From: Planctomycetota bacterium
Lineage (GTDB): Bacteria; Planctomycetota; PLA2
NCBI GenBank assembly: GCA_036443405.1
Contig: JAZFYD010000122.1
Location: 7,755 to 71,754, forward strand
DNA length: 64,000 bases
Reading direction: 5' to 3'
Shown: one piece after another, positions 27,957-38,183 of the stretch
How positions within the stretch are numbered: position 1 is the first letter of the stretch
Layout of the letters: every line of letters begins with the position of its first letter
Translations under genes and position numbers: made by a program
Notes under the pieces: generated by a model
The model's database searches: none
What the model was told of the DNA's origin: nothing
Seen by the model: the letters and a program-made list of their open reading frames with translations, nothing else

Positions 27957-28160
27957 ATGAGTACCGAGATCCAGATCTTCGACAACGGTCCCATCTTCGT
28001 GCGCGGAGGTGAGGCGACGCTGAAGGACGCCGACGGCAAGGAGTTCAACCTCGAAGGCAAAGAAGCGATCGCGCTGTGCCGCTGCGGTGCGTCCGCGAAC
28101 AAACCGTTTTGCGACGGCTCGCACAAGGGTGGCTTCGAAGACGCTTGCCGCGCCGAGTAG
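27957..28160 (+). CDS. CDGSH iron-sulfur domain protein
   Basis: NGP...ALCRCGASANKPFCDGSH. Confidence 0.93.
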   Translation: MSTEIQIFDNGPIFVRGGEATLKDADGKEFNLEGKEAIALCRCGASANKPFCDGSHKGGFEDACRAE

Positions 28161-28167
28161 TCGGCAC

Positions 28168-28899
28168 CTAGAGCACCTGCGACAGGAACGCCTGCGTCCG
28201 CGGCTCTTTGGCGTTTTCGAAGATGTCGGTTGGGGTGCCCTCTTCGACGATGCGGCCTTCATCCATGAACAGCACGCGGTGCGCGACCTCTTTGGCGAAG
28301 CCCATCTCGTGGGTCGCGACCAGCATCGTCATGCCTTCCTCGGCGAGTTGTTTCATCGCGCCGAGGACCTCGCCGACCATCTCCGGGTCGAGCGCGCTTG
28401 TCGGCTCGTCGAACAGCATCGCTAGTGGCTCCATCGCCAGCGCCCGCGCGATCGCGACACGTTGTTTCTGGCCGCCGCTCAGCATGTCGGGGTACTGATC
28501 GCGCTTGTCCGCAACGCCGACGCGCTCGAGCAGCGCCATGGCGCGCGCTTCCGCTTCGGCCGAGGCCACACCGCGCACCAGCCGGGGCGCGAGCGTGACG
28601 TTCTTCAGCACGGTCAAATGCGGGAACAGGTTGAACTGCTGAAAGACCATGCCCGCTTCCGCGCGCTTGTCGTCGACGTCCTTGGCGTCCGCGCGCACGG
28701 GCTCGCCCTCGTGCAGCACCTTGCCCGCCTCGGGAATCTCGAGCGCGTTGACGCACCGCAGCAGTGTGCTCTTGCCGGACCCGCTGGGGCCGATCACAAC
28801 GACGACCTCGCCGGGCGCGACCGCGACGTTGATGTCCGATAGCGCGCGAAGCTCGCCGAAGTTCTTCGAGACGCCGCGCAACTCGATGCGTGCGGTCAC
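28168..28899 (-). CDS. glnQ: Polar amino-acid ABC transporter ATP-binding protein
   Basis: [44 protein letters not shown]. Confidence 0.93.
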   Translation of the reverse strand: MTARIELRGVSKNFGELRALSDINVAVAPGEVVVVIGPSGSGKSTLLRCVNALEIPEAGKVLHEGEPVRADAKDVDDKRAEAGMVFQQFNLFPHLTVLKNVTLAPRLVRGVASAEAEARAMALLERVGVADKRDQYPDMLSGGQKQRVAIARALAMEPLAMLFDEPTSALDPEMVGEVLGAMKQLAEEGMTMLVATHEMGFAKEVAHRVLFMDEGRIVEEGTPTDIFENAKEPRTQAFLSQVL

Positions 28900-29657
28900 A
28901 GGTGCGCCCCCAGTTGCTCGCTCTTGCCGAGTCTGCGTTCCAGCCTGCGGGCGACGAGCGAGAGCGGAATCGTCAGCGTGAGATAGAACGCCGCGACGAC
29001 GAGATACGCCTCGAAGTGTTTGTACGTGGCGGCGCCGATCTGGCGCGCGCCGGCCATCAGGTCCGTGAGCGCGATCACGTAGAGCAGCGACGACTCCTTG
29101 GTCAGCGCGATCAGCTCGCCCGTCAGCGGCGGGATCATTCGCCGAAACGCCTGCGGGAACACGATGTGGCGCAGCGTCTTTTGTCGCGAGAGGCCGAGCG
29201 AGCGGCCCGCCTCGAACTGACCGCGATCGATCGACTGAATCCCCGCGCGAAAGATCTCACCGATGTACGCCGCCGCGAACACGCCCAGCGCAAGCGTGCC
29301 GACGAAGAATTTGTTATCGACCTTGAGGATCGGAGCGATTCCGAAATACGCGATGCTGATCTGGACGATGAACGGTGTTCCGCGGATCAGTTCGACGTAG
29401 AGGTCGCCGAGGTGCCGAATGGGCAGCGACGGGCTCAGGCGCGCCAGCGCGACGGCGGTGCCGAGAACGATGCCGATCACATATGCGCACGCGGTGGCCC
29501 CGACGGTGATGCCGAGGCCGTTCCAGTAGAGCCGTTGGTAGCGCCACGCCGGCTCGAAGTTCCACTCGTAGCCGGAGAAGTAGAGCGCGAGTCCAAGCGT
29601 GCCAACCAACGCGAGGGTCAACCCCGCGCGGACCGGGAATTCGCTCCTACTTCTCAT
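28896..29657 (-). CDS. Polar amino-acid ABC transporter permease
   Basis: [36 protein letters not shown]. Confidence 0.93.
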   Translation of the reverse strand: MRSRSEFPVRAGLTLALVGTLGLALYFSGYEWNFEPAWRYQRLYWNGLGITVGATACAYVIGIVLGTAVALARLSPSLPIRHLGDLYVELIRGTPFIVQISIAYFGIAPILKVDNKFFVGTLALGVFAAAYIGEIFRAGIQSIDRGQFEAGRSLGLSRQKTLRHIVFPQAFRRMIPPLTGELIALTKESSLLYVIALTDLMAGARQIGAATYKHFEAYLVVAAFYLTLTIPLSLVARRLERRLGKSEQLGAHL

Positions 29658-30411
29658 CCGGAAGGTCGGGCATGTGCTTCTTGCGCAGCGCCTCGTAGCG
29701 CCCGTCGGCGCGGAACGCCTTCAGGAACTCGTTGATGCGCGCGACCCACTTCGTGTCGCCGAAGCGTGCGGCCATCGCGTAGGGCTCCGATGAGAGCGGA
29801 TCGAGCACCGCGCGTGTCGTCTTCGAGTTGGTCATCGCATGCCGGATGATCGAGTGTTGGTCGTACAGAAACGCGTCGGCCCGGCCGTGCACGACTTCCA
29901 ACGCGCAGGTACCTTCCTCCGGAAGCGTCGTGACCAGCTCTTCCTTGAAGTGCTTCGCGGCATAGATGGCGCCGGTTGTCCCGAGCTTGACCACGATGCG
30001 CTTGCCGTCGGCGTCCGCGGCGATTCTTATTCCCGAGTCCTTCCCTACGAGCATGCACAGCACCGTGTGGAAATACGGGTCGGAGAAGCTGCGGCTCTTG
30101 GCGCGCTCCTCGGTGGCCGTCATCCCGGAGATGATCAGGTCGATTCGGTCGCTGTCGAGCGCTCCGGGAAGCCCGGTGAACTCCATGCCCTCGATGCGCA
30201 GTCTGACGCCGAGATCTTTCGCAAGCTCGCGCGCCATGTCCATGTCGAAGCCGACGAACTCGTCGTTTTCGTTCTTGGATTCGAACGGCGGAAACTCGGG
30301 CTCCGTGCCGATCACGAGCTCGCCCGTGTCGAGCACCTTGTCGAGGGTGGAGTCGTACTTCTTGCAGGCGACTCCGAAGAGAAGTGCGAGGCACAAGAGC
30401 GTGAGGCGCAT
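29647..30411 (-). CDS. Polar amino-acid ABC transporter substrate-binding lipoprotein
   Basis: Lipobox VAC; FPPFE, GFDMDMA, SGMTATEER, FSDPY. Confidence 0.92.
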   Translation of the reverse strand: MRLTLLCLALLFGVACKKYDSTLDKVLDTGELVIGTEPEFPPFESKNENDEFVGFDMDMARELAKDLGVRLRIEGMEFTGLPGALDSDRIDLIISGMTATEERAKSRSFSDPYFHTVLCMLVGKDSGIRIAADADGKRIVVKLGTTGAIYAAKHFKEELVTTLPEEGTCALEVVHGRADAFLYDQHSIIRHAMTNSKTTRAVLDPLSSEPYAMAARFGDTKWVARINEFLKAFRADGRYEALRKKHMPDLPDEK

Positions 30412-30479
30412 GGCGGAAGACTATACCGCGCTCCGCTCCGGTGGGACACCGCCGCGCCGCGGGTGCGGTGGTCGCGGCG

Positions 30480-31997
30480 CTAGCCGCCCGCGGCGTCCTC
30501 GTCCTTGATCTTGGCCTTCTCCAGGTTGAACCAGACCTGGTGGTCGAGGGGATCGATCTCGAAGGCGAGCTTCATCAACCGGTAACCCTCTTCCTTGTCT
30601 CCGAGGCCGTGCTTAACCCATCCGAGCAGCGAAATCGCCTGCGAGTGCATCGGGTCGAGTTCGAGGGTCTTCTCCAGGTACTTGTGCGCGGTCTTGTTTT
30701 TGTTCTGGACGAGCTTCAGCCACGAGTAGCGGTAGTGCACCTGCGCGTCCGCCACACCCGCGTCGATGGCTCGCTTGAAGAACTTGCGCGCCTGCGGGTT
30801 CTCGCCGAGGACGTCCATCACGTGGCCCGCCTCGGACCAGTTCATGTCCTTGCGGTCGAGCCTAAGTTCGCGCTTGATGTAGGCGTGCCACTCCGCTTCC
30901 AACGTCTTGAGGTTCTTGACCTTGAGCATGCGGAGCAGCGCCTTGATCTGCTCGTCGGACGAGACGGTCTCCATCCCCGGGCCGGCGCGGGTGCGTTTGA
31001 TCGATCCGGACCGTGCGAGCGCGAGGAAGTACTTCTTGAAGCGCTTTTCGTACTTTTCGTTCGAGAGCAGGAAGTGGCAGAACGACCAGGACCAAGCGTA
31101 ACCCGCTACGCCCAAGCTCCTCCCCGATTCGATTAACGTCCGGAGCTTCAACCACCCGTCCTCTTGGATGCGAATCCACAGGTTTGCGAGCCGGCCGCTT
31201 TGAAGCAACCCGATCTCCATCGTCTCCGTTTCCGGGTCGTACTTGCTGGCTCCGAAGTACTCCGCCATGCCTTCGCCGATCCACCACGGGTAGCGGAACT
31301 TGCGATCCACCATGTGGGAGAGCATGTGGTTGCCCTCGTGGAACATGATGCTGATCGTCAGCCCGACACGCCGGCGGTCGTAATAGAAATGCAGCGTTCG
31401 CATCGGGAGGACGTAGAAACCGGCCACGCCACGCGGCCTGCCCGTCACCTGGTAGAAGTACTCCCTGTCGCGATAGATGTGGATGCGCGGCTTGCCGAAC
31501 TTCGTTGACGGTTTGATCTTCCAGTACTTCGTGAAGAACTTGTAGTACGTCTCGAAGAGCTTTTGCCACTCTTCGAAAATCTCGTCGGGCAGCGTGTGCT
31601 CGTAGTCGAACGTCTTCGTCTTGACTTTGGCGCGGTCGCGCCAGAAGTGGCGTGCTTTGGCCTGCTCGACCATCTCCTTTTTCTTGTCGATCTCCCGTTG
31701 TGCGAGCTTGCGCCAGTACGACTTGCTGATCCAGCGGCCCTTCCACGGGTAGCGGTTTTTTCCCGCCTGCTCTTTTTCCTTGAGCGTCGTGGGCGTGAAC
31801 TCGGGCGTTTCCCCGGCCTTGAAGAACCCGCGCAGAATGGCCTTCGGGACGACGATCTCGCCGTGTTCATACGTGAGCTTGTAGCCCTCTTCGGTGGCCT
31901 CGACCTTGTCGTGGTCCACGATCCGACCGTCGGCGAAAATCAGTGTGTCGGCAAAGAGCGGCCCAGCGCAAAGCGCGAAGATCAGCAGCAGTCGCAT
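30480..31997 (-). CDS. DUF1570-like secreted zinc metallopeptidase with C-terminal TPR
   Basis: Signal peptide; MFHEGNH, PWWIGEGMAEYF, YAWSWSFCHFL; TPR-like C-terminus. Confidence 0.8.
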   Translation of the reverse strand: MRLLLIFALCAGPLFADTLIFADGRIVDHDKVEATEEGYKLTYEHGEIVVPKAILRGFFKAGETPEFTPTTLKEKEQAGKNRYPWKGRWISKSYWRKLAQREIDKKKEMVEQAKARHFWRDRAKVKTKTFDYEHTLPDEIFEEWQKLFETYYKFFTKYWKIKPSTKFGKPRIHIYRDREYFYQVTGRPRGVAGFYVLPMRTLHFYYDRRRVGLTISIMFHEGNHMLSHMVDRKFRYPWWIGEGMAEYFGASKYDPETETMEIGLLQSGRLANLWIRIQEDGWLKLRTLIESGRSLGVAGYAWSWSFCHFLLSNEKYEKRFKKYFLALARSGSIKRTRAGPGMETVSSDEQIKALLRMLKVKNLKTLEAEWHAYIKRELRLDRKDMNWSEAGHVMDVLGENPQARKFFKRAIDAGVADAQVHYRYSWLKLVQNKNKTAHKYLEKTLELDPMHSQAISLLGWVKHGLGDKEEGYRLMKLAFEIDPLDHQVWFNLEKAKIKDEDAAGG

Positions 31998-32007
31998 CCC
32001 GGACAGC

Positions 32008-33711
32008 TTACTTGGCCCAGGCGTACCAGGCCCGATCGAGCCTGTCCCACTGCTTGTCCGTAATTTCGGAAAACGTGGCGTTGAAGCTGTCTTCGTAGAT
32101 CTTCTTGCTGCGTTTCTTGAACGCATCGATCATCGCTTGGGAGAACTCCTCCGCGGCGCTGGCTTCCTCGTCGCCGCCCTCTTCGTCCTCATCTTCGTCT
32201 TCGTCGGATTCGCCGGCCTCACCCGCCTTCGCCGCCTCCAGCTTTGCCAACTGCTTTTCGCGTTCGGCCTCCAGTTCGGCCTGGGCGGTCTCGATGGAGA
32301 CGATGAGGTTTTGTAGGTAGTTGCGCAGCGCACCCTTGAACGCGCCCCGGTTGCCTTTGGTGAGCAGGTACCAAACCACCGAGCCCGACTGCGTGTAGAC
32401 GTCCATGCCCTCGGTATCTCGCAGGAACATCTTCTTGATGGGGGCGGCCCTGCCGGATTTCAACAACGCTCGCAATCTGGTCCGGTCCCAGCCATCCAGC
32501 TTGAACTCGAGTTTCTTGCCCTTGGAGCGGCCCATGCGGAGGTACTGGGTGAGTCCGTAGCGCAGCCACGGCGGCATGGAGTTTGAGAGAGCAGTGTTTT
32601 TATACGACAACCACTGGCTTGTGATGCTGCTGCTCAACCCGTCGAATTCATAGCCGAAACTTCCGCCTTGGCGCTTCGCCACGAGGATCGGCGAGGCGCC
32701 GGACCAGAGGCTCTTTGACCCTTGGCTGTACGCGCGCTGTGCGTCGTAGTTTTGGAACACCCGCACGATGCCCGGCGGGACATAGTCGCTGCCGACTTCA
32801 CCGAGCTCCTTGGCCAGATACGCACGCACGGCTTCGCAGTGGTTGAGGATGCGCTTGGTGTACTTGCGCGTGGTGTTGGAAAACGCGACGTAGTTCTTGG
32901 ACCGGGCCATGTACCAGCCCTTACCGAGCACGTCCTTCTCGCGCGCGATGCGGCCTTCCATCTCTTCTTGCCGGGACTGCTTCTTCTCCTCCGTCGTCAT
33001 CCCGGTTTCGTCGTCTTTATCTTTGATCTTCCGGCCCGTCGTCTCGGCGCCGGGCAGCGCTCTCTTGCGCTTGATGCGCCGGAACGACTTGAGGCAGCCC
33101 TTGAAACCCTTCAGGTAGTTCTTGTAGTAGTCGTCGAGGATCCGGAACTGGACAGCGAAATCGATATCGTCGAAGTGATAGACCCAGGTCAGGATGCGCT
33201 TGGACGCTCGCGCGCCGGTCGGGTCCTCCATCAGCGCTTCGTAGATGGAGATCTTGCCCTCGGGTCCGTCGATCTCCTCCTCGCGCGTGAAGTGATAACC
33301 GCCACCCGCGATGCCCTCCTTTTTCATGAAGTCCTTGTAGTCGCGGTAGTTCTCTTTGGTGGTGAAGACCTTCTGCCCGTACTTGCCGTCTTTGATCTCG
33401 GCTTTGCGCTCGCCTTTGCGCGAGTGCGGGAAACCGATGATCCAGAAGTCGGGTTTCTGCTCCCAGTAGTAGGTATTACCGGCGTCCTTGGGCTTTAGGC
33501 CTTTGGACCCGACGAACTTCGACGCCACCCATTTCTCGTTCGCGCTCATCGCGGCGGTGAGCCACCCGTTCGGCGACTTGACCTTGAAGCCCCAGCGGTC
33601 GTTCTTGTGATAGGGACCCGGCGGGTCGCCGGCACGCACCGGGGTAGCAACCAAAGCGACCAGGATGATCGCGAGAGAGATCGTTACGCGCTTAGTCACC
33701 ACGCACCTCAC
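32008..33711 (-). CDS. Secreted DUF1570-like protein lacking HExxH
   Basis: Signal peptide; PPWLRYGLTQY and YTQSGSVVWYLL align with the neighbour's motifs; acidic linker. Start uncertain. Confidence 0.65.
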   Translation of the reverse strand: MRCVVTKRVTISLAIILVALVATPVRAGDPPGPYHKNDRWGFKVKSPNGWLTAAMSANEKWVASKFVGSKGLKPKDAGNTYYWEQKPDFWIIGFPHSRKGERKAEIKDGKYGQKVFTTKENYRDYKDFMKKEGIAGGGYHFTREEEIDGPEGKISIYEALMEDPTGARASKRILTWVYHFDDIDFAVQFRILDDYYKNYLKGFKGCLKSFRRIKRKRALPGAETTGRKIKDKDDETGMTTEEKKQSRQEEMEGRIAREKDVLGKGWYMARSKNYVAFSNTTRKYTKRILNHCEAVRAYLAKELGEVGSDYVPPGIVRVFQNYDAQRAYSQGSKSLWSGASPILVAKRQGGSFGYEFDGLSSSITSQWLSYKNTALSNSMPPWLRYGLTQYLRMGRSKGKKLEFKLDGWDRTRLRALLKSGRAAPIKKMFLRDTEGMDVYTQSGSVVWYLLTKGNRGAFKGALRNYLQNLIVSIETAQAELEAEREKQLAKLEAAKAGEAGESDEDEDEDEEGGDEEASAAEEFSQAMIDAFKKRSKKIYEDSFNATFSEITDKQWDRLDRAWYAWAK

Positions 33712-33910
33712 ACACCCAGGGGTTCATAGAGTCATCGAGGGTAGGCTCCGTGCACAGTCGCCGCGTCAAAAAGAAGTCCCAGTCCGGAGCCGCCATCCTT
33801 GTCTATGGATCTTAAACGCCGCCGACAGGGTCATCGGTTCAGATTGGCGTGAGATTTCCTGTTTCGAACCGGGGGGCTTGGGTCGTGTGTCTCGTGGATA
33901 ATCCGGGCCG

Positions 33911-34741
33911 ATGGGGCGGATCCACTACGGCACCTCGAGCTGGTCGGAGAAGAGCTGGGTCGGGCCGTTTTACCCAGATGGGGCGCGACCCGCCGAGTTC
34001 CTGACGCATTACGCTGAGCAGTTCGAGACCGTCGAGGCCGACAACACGTATTACGCCATCCCGCGCGATTCGGTGGTGGACGGCTGGGCCGCGAAGACGC
34101 CGGAACGTTTCACGATGGCGGCGAAGTTCCCGAGGTCGATCGTGCACGGTGGCGAGGGGCCGCGGCCGGACGGGGAGTCGGTGCTGTTACCGGAGCGCGT
34201 GTGGGGCGAAACCGAGGAGTTCCTGGCCGTGATGCGGCGGCTCGGCAAAAAGTGCGGACCGCTCGTGCTGCAGTTCCCGTACTTCAATCGCAGCGCGTTC
34301 GCGGGGCCCGAGCCGTTTCTGGAGCGGCTGGACGTGTATCTGGGCAAGCTGCCCGGCGACTTCCGGTATGCCGTCGAAGTCCGCAACAAGGGGTGGGTCA
34401 CGCCGGCGTTGACCGGCGTGCTGCGCCGCCACCGGGCCGCGTTGGTGCTCGTGGACATCGCGTACATGCCGCACCCGGCATCTCTTGCGAAGTCGATGGA
34501 CGTCGTCACCGCGGACTTCGTCTACTGCCGGCTCATCGGGGATCGCAAGGCCGTGGACGAAAAGACCAAGACGTTCGACCGCATCGTGCTCGATCAGGGG
34601 CGGCGGCTCGACCGATGGGCGGACCCGCTGCATCAGATCGCAGACGCGGCGCCCGAGATTTACGTCTATGCCAACAACCACTACGCCGGGCACGGGCCCG
34701 CCACGATCCGGGAGCTGCGCGACCGCATCGAGGGGGAGTAG
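33911..34741 (+). CDS. DUF72 family protein
   Basis: GTSSWS, W.G.FYP, ETVEADNTYY, LQFP, AVEVRN, YANNHYAG. Confidence 0.92.
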   Translation: MGRIHYGTSSWSEKSWVGPFYPDGARPAEFLTHYAEQFETVEADNTYYAIPRDSVVDGWAAKTPERFTMAAKFPRSIVHGGEGPRPDGESVLLPERVWGETEEFLAVMRRLGKKCGPLVLQFPYFNRSAFAGPEPFLERLDVYLGKLPGDFRYAVEVRNKGWVTPALTGVLRRHRAALVLVDIAYMPHPASLAKSMDVVTADFVYCRLIGDRKAVDEKTKTFDRIVLDQGRRLDRWADPLHQIADAAPEIYVYANNHYAGHGPATIRELRDRIEGE

Positions 34742-34750
34742 GCCGTCGCG

Positions 34751-36532
34751 CTAGCCCTTCTGCTTCAGGATCCAGAGATCGATGTTGGTTTCCAGCACCG
34801 GCAGCGGGATTGCGCCTTCGGCCAGCACGGCGTCGTGAAAGGCGCGGATGTCGAATTTTTCTCCGAGGTTCTTTTCGGCGCGTGCGCGTAGCTCTCGGAT
34901 CTTCAGTTCGCCGATCTTGTAGCCGGTGGCCTGGCCCGGCCACGCGATGTAGCGATCGACTTCCTTTCTGACGTTGACCTCGGTGAGCGCGCTGTTGTCG
35001 AGCATGTACTGCACCGCTTTTTCCGCCGGCCAACCTCTGGAGTGCAGTCCCGTGTCGACGACGAGCCTCATCGCGCGCCACATCTCGTATGTCAGGCGGC
35101 CGAAGTCATCGTACGGGTCCTCGTACATGCCGTGCTCGCCGCCGCCGATTTCGAGCCCCAACCGTTCGGAGTAAAGCGCCCAGCCCTCGACGAATGAGGT
35201 GTATCCCAGCAGCGTGCGCCACTCCGGAACGTCCTCCATCTCCTGCGCCAACGCGATTTGCAGATGGTGGCCGGGCACGGCTTCGTGAAGCGCGAGGGCG
35301 ATCATCTCGTACTTGGGCCGCTGGTCGAGTCGGTACGTATTGGCGACGAAGTAGCCGGGTCTACCGGTCTTGAGCGAACCGGAGTAGTAGCGCGCGGTCG
35401 TGTTCACCGGTGCGAGCCAGCGCGCCATCTCGCGCACGCCGTAAGTCAACCGTGGCAGCTTTCCAAACAGTTGCGGCAGCCCGGCGTCCGCGCGTTTGCA
35501 GATGTCGCGATAGCCGGCAAGCAGGGCCTCGGCAGTCTGGTGGTAGAACCGCGAGTCCGAGCGGAGGTACGTCACGAACGCCTTGAACAGCGCCTCGTCC
35601 TGCAGGGTCTTCTTGCCGGGGAAGTCCGAGCGCGCGATGACCTTCATCATCTCGCCGCGGATGCGCGCGACCTCGCCGAGGCCGATGTTGTGGATCTCAT
35701 CCGCCGTGAGCCCGGTCGTGGTGTGGCCGGCGAGCTCGAAGTTGTAAAACGCCTTCCCGTCGGGGAGATCGATCGCAGCCGTGGATTTGCGGCAGCCGGG
35801 GATGTACTCGTCGCGCAAGAAGATGCCGAGCTCGCGGTAGGCGGGCACGACACGCAACTTGATGATCTCTTTGGCTCGCGCTGCGAGCGGATCGTTCTCC
35901 GGTCGCTTCTTGAACGGTTTGAAGAGCGCGTGCTCTTCCGGCGTCTTCTCGTAGCGCTCTTCCGCGTGAAACAGCGCCTGCGGCGGCACGCCCGCCATCA
36001 CGCCCTGCGGCGGCGTCCGTCCGTCCACGAGCCCGGCCCGCATGTTCTTGATGTGCTGCTTGAAAAAGCCCGGGATCGCTTCGAGCCGAGCTACGTAGTC
36101 GAGGTAGTTCTTTTCGTTTCGGAAGCTGAGGTCGTCGGGGAGCTGCGCGATGTAGCTGTGCACGCCGTCCATCTGCGTGATCGGCGTCTGCCAGCGCTTG
36201 AAGCGCGCGCCGTCGATGCGGCGGCCCAGCTGGTACGCGAGCAGCCCCGCGTTGACGCGATCGGCGTCGGAGAGTTTCTCGTCGTCGATCTCTCTTAGCG
36301 CCGCGAGCCGCATCTTCGCGCTGGCGATCCACGCGTCGCGCGCCTTGGCGCTCGGGTCGCTCAAGAGGTGGTCGAACCGGTGGTCGCCGCGGCTGCTCGC
36401 CCAAGTGGGCGAACGTTGCATCTGCGCGTCGAGGTCCTCGGCGAGCAATCGGCGGACGGCCTCGCCAGGTTCCTCGGCGGGGGCCGATGTGACGAGGACG
36501 AGTAACGCGAGTAGCGGGTGGATTCGGCGCAT
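34751..36532 (-). CDS. DUF885 family protein
   Basis: HEAVPGHHLQ, EGWALYSE, RLVVDTGLH, EVDRYIAWPGQATGYKIG. Confidence 0.93.
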   Translation of the reverse strand: MRRIHPLLALLVLVTSAPAEEPGEAVRRLLAEDLDAQMQRSPTWASSRGDHRFDHLLSDPSAKARDAWIASAKMRLAALREIDDEKLSDADRVNAGLLAYQLGRRIDGARFKRWQTPITQMDGVHSYIAQLPDDLSFRNEKNYLDYVARLEAIPGFFKQHIKNMRAGLVDGRTPPQGVMAGVPPQALFHAEERYEKTPEEHALFKPFKKRPENDPLAARAKEIIKLRVVPAYRELGIFLRDEYIPGCRKSTAAIDLPDGKAFYNFELAGHTTTGLTADEIHNIGLGEVARIRGEMMKVIARSDFPGKKTLQDEALFKAFVTYLRSDSRFYHQTAEALLAGYRDICKRADAGLPQLFGKLPRLTYGVREMARWLAPVNTTARYYSGSLKTGRPGYFVANTYRLDQRPKYEMIALALHEAVPGHHLQIALAQEMEDVPEWRTLLGYTSFVEGWALYSERLGLEIGGGEHGMYEDPYDDFGRLTYEMWRAMRLVVDTGLHSRGWPAEKAVQYMLDNSALTEVNVRKEVDRYIAWPGQATGYKIGELKIRELRARAEKNLGEKFDIRAFHDAVLAEGAIPLPVLETNIDLWILKQKG

Positions 36533-36538
36533 GGGGCG

Positions 36539-38011
36539 CTAAGAATACTCTTTCGCGAGCTGCGCGGGCCGCTCGGCGAGCCACCAGTAGAGGACGAGCG
36601 CGGCGTACCCGGAGGCCGCGTACAGCGCGTAGGCGGCGGTCGCCCACGGTTGGTCGCCCATCATCAACACGGCGACTGTCGCCAGCGAGAACGCGGCCAT
36701 GATCTGCTCGGTGCGCGGGGCCGGCGTTCGGACTGCCGGCGCCCGTCCGCCCTGTTTCGGCGTGCGGACGAACGTGCGGATGGGGCTGAAGAGGCCGCGC
36801 GCGGCGGCGATGGCGTTGTTCATGCACGCGCCCAATCCAAGGATAGCGATGGAGAAGATGTCGCGCGCGCGGGTGCGGCCGCGCATGCGCTGGCCGAGGA
36901 TCGCGACACCGAGGGGGCCGAGACCGGCGGTCCACGCGGAGATCCAAAGCGGCCACCAGGCAGGGTGGTCGGCAAGCAGCGCCCAGTGGCCGATACCGAG
37001 CGGTAGCAGCAGGAGCAGCACGGACATCGCGGCGCAGACCCCGTACCCGAACAGGTGCGCCGTCGCCTCGGCTTTGATCCAGAACGGTTGCTTCGAACTC
37101 CAGAGCGGCCGGAGGAACTTGCGCACGCACTGCATGCTGCCGCAGGCCCAACGCTGCTGCTGGGTCTTGTAGCTCGCGAGCATCGGCGGTAGCTCGGCGC
37201 GGACCACGGTGTCGACATCGAGGGCGATGCGCCAATCGCGAAGCTGCGCCCGGTAGCTGAGGTCGAGGTCCTCGGTGAGCGTGTCGCCGCACCAGCCGCC
37301 CGCGTCGTCGATCGCCGCCCGACGCCAGACGCCGGCGGTGCCGTTGAAGTTCAAGAACGCGCCTGCGGATGCGCGCGCGAGTTGCTGTACAAGAAAGTGC
37401 GCATCGACCGCGACGGCTTGGGTGCGCGTGAGCCAGTTTTGCCGGCGATTGCGATGGCCCCAGCGCGACTGGACGCACGCGATGTCGGCACCGAGGTCGA
37501 AGAGCGGCAGGGTCCGCTTGAGGTAGTCCGGTTCGGGCACGAAGTCCGCGTCGAAGATCGCGACGAACTCGGCGGCGCTTGAGGCCTCGGAATCTCGCAG
37601 GCCCGCTGCGAGGGCGCCCGCCTTGAACCCGTCGCGGTCTTGCCGCCGCACGACTTCGATCGGCACACCACGCGCGCTCCAAATCGCGACGCGCGCACCC
37701 ACCAGCGCCACGGTTTCATCGCGGCTGTCGTCGAGGATCTGGATGAGCAGCCGGTCGCGCGGGTAGTCGAGCGTGGCGACCGCATCGATCACGTCCTCGA
37801 CGACCTCGGCTTCGTTGTAGGTCGGGACCTGGACGAGAACCGTCGGGAACGTGGTTTTGCCGACGGGGGACTCGCGCCGCGCGCGATCGATGGTCGATCG
37901 GTACGCGCTGCTCTTGCGCCGATGCCAGGACAGGAGCTTGTAGGCGTGAAATCCGTAGAGCACGAGCCCGACGGTTGAGAGCAGGTAGGCGATCAGCCAG
38001 ACGACGGTCAT
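36539..38011 (-). CDS. Processive GT2 glycosyltransferase (cellulose-synthase-like)
   Basis: QILDDS, GFKAGAL, FDADF, TEDLDL and QQQRW motifs; TM helices. Confidence 0.9.
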   Translation of the reverse strand: MTVVWLIAYLLSTVGLVLYGFHAYKLLSWHRRKSSAYRSTIDRARRESPVGKTTFPTVLVQVPTYNEAEVVEDVIDAVATLDYPRDRLLIQILDDSRDETVALVGARVAIWSARGVPIEVVRRQDRDGFKAGALAAGLRDSEASSAAEFVAIFDADFVPEPDYLKRTLPLFDLGADIACVQSRWGHRNRRQNWLTRTQAVAVDAHFLVQQLARASAGAFLNFNGTAGVWRRAAIDDAGGWCGDTLTEDLDLSYRAQLRDWRIALDVDTVVRAELPPMLASYKTQQQRWACGSMQCVRKFLRPLWSSKQPFWIKAEATAHLFGYGVCAAMSVLLLLLPLGIGHWALLADHPAWWPLWISAWTAGLGPLGVAILGQRMRGRTRARDIFSIAILGLGACMNNAIAAARGLFSPIRTFVRTPKQGGRAPAVRTPAPRTEQIMAAFSLATVAVLMMGDQPWATAAYALYAASGYAALVLYWWLAERPAQLAKEYS

Positions 38012-38183
38012 TGTGAGGAGCTAGCGGGCACACCAGGCAATTCGCAAATCACTTGCCGGGCCGTGCCGCGTCCGAGAGTGGATTTGTGCACGTGTTCGGC
38101 GCCGTTACCAGGATTGGTGCCCAGTATCGGGCACCCCTCGTCGTTCGCGGAGACGCCGCCGTGCCTCCGTGGTTCTCTTCTTC

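Noticed and set aside
33712-33910. Possible riboswitch or sRNA in a 200-bp divergent intergenic region
   Set aside because: No recognisable aptamer consensus or strong terminator; an Rfam scan would be needed.
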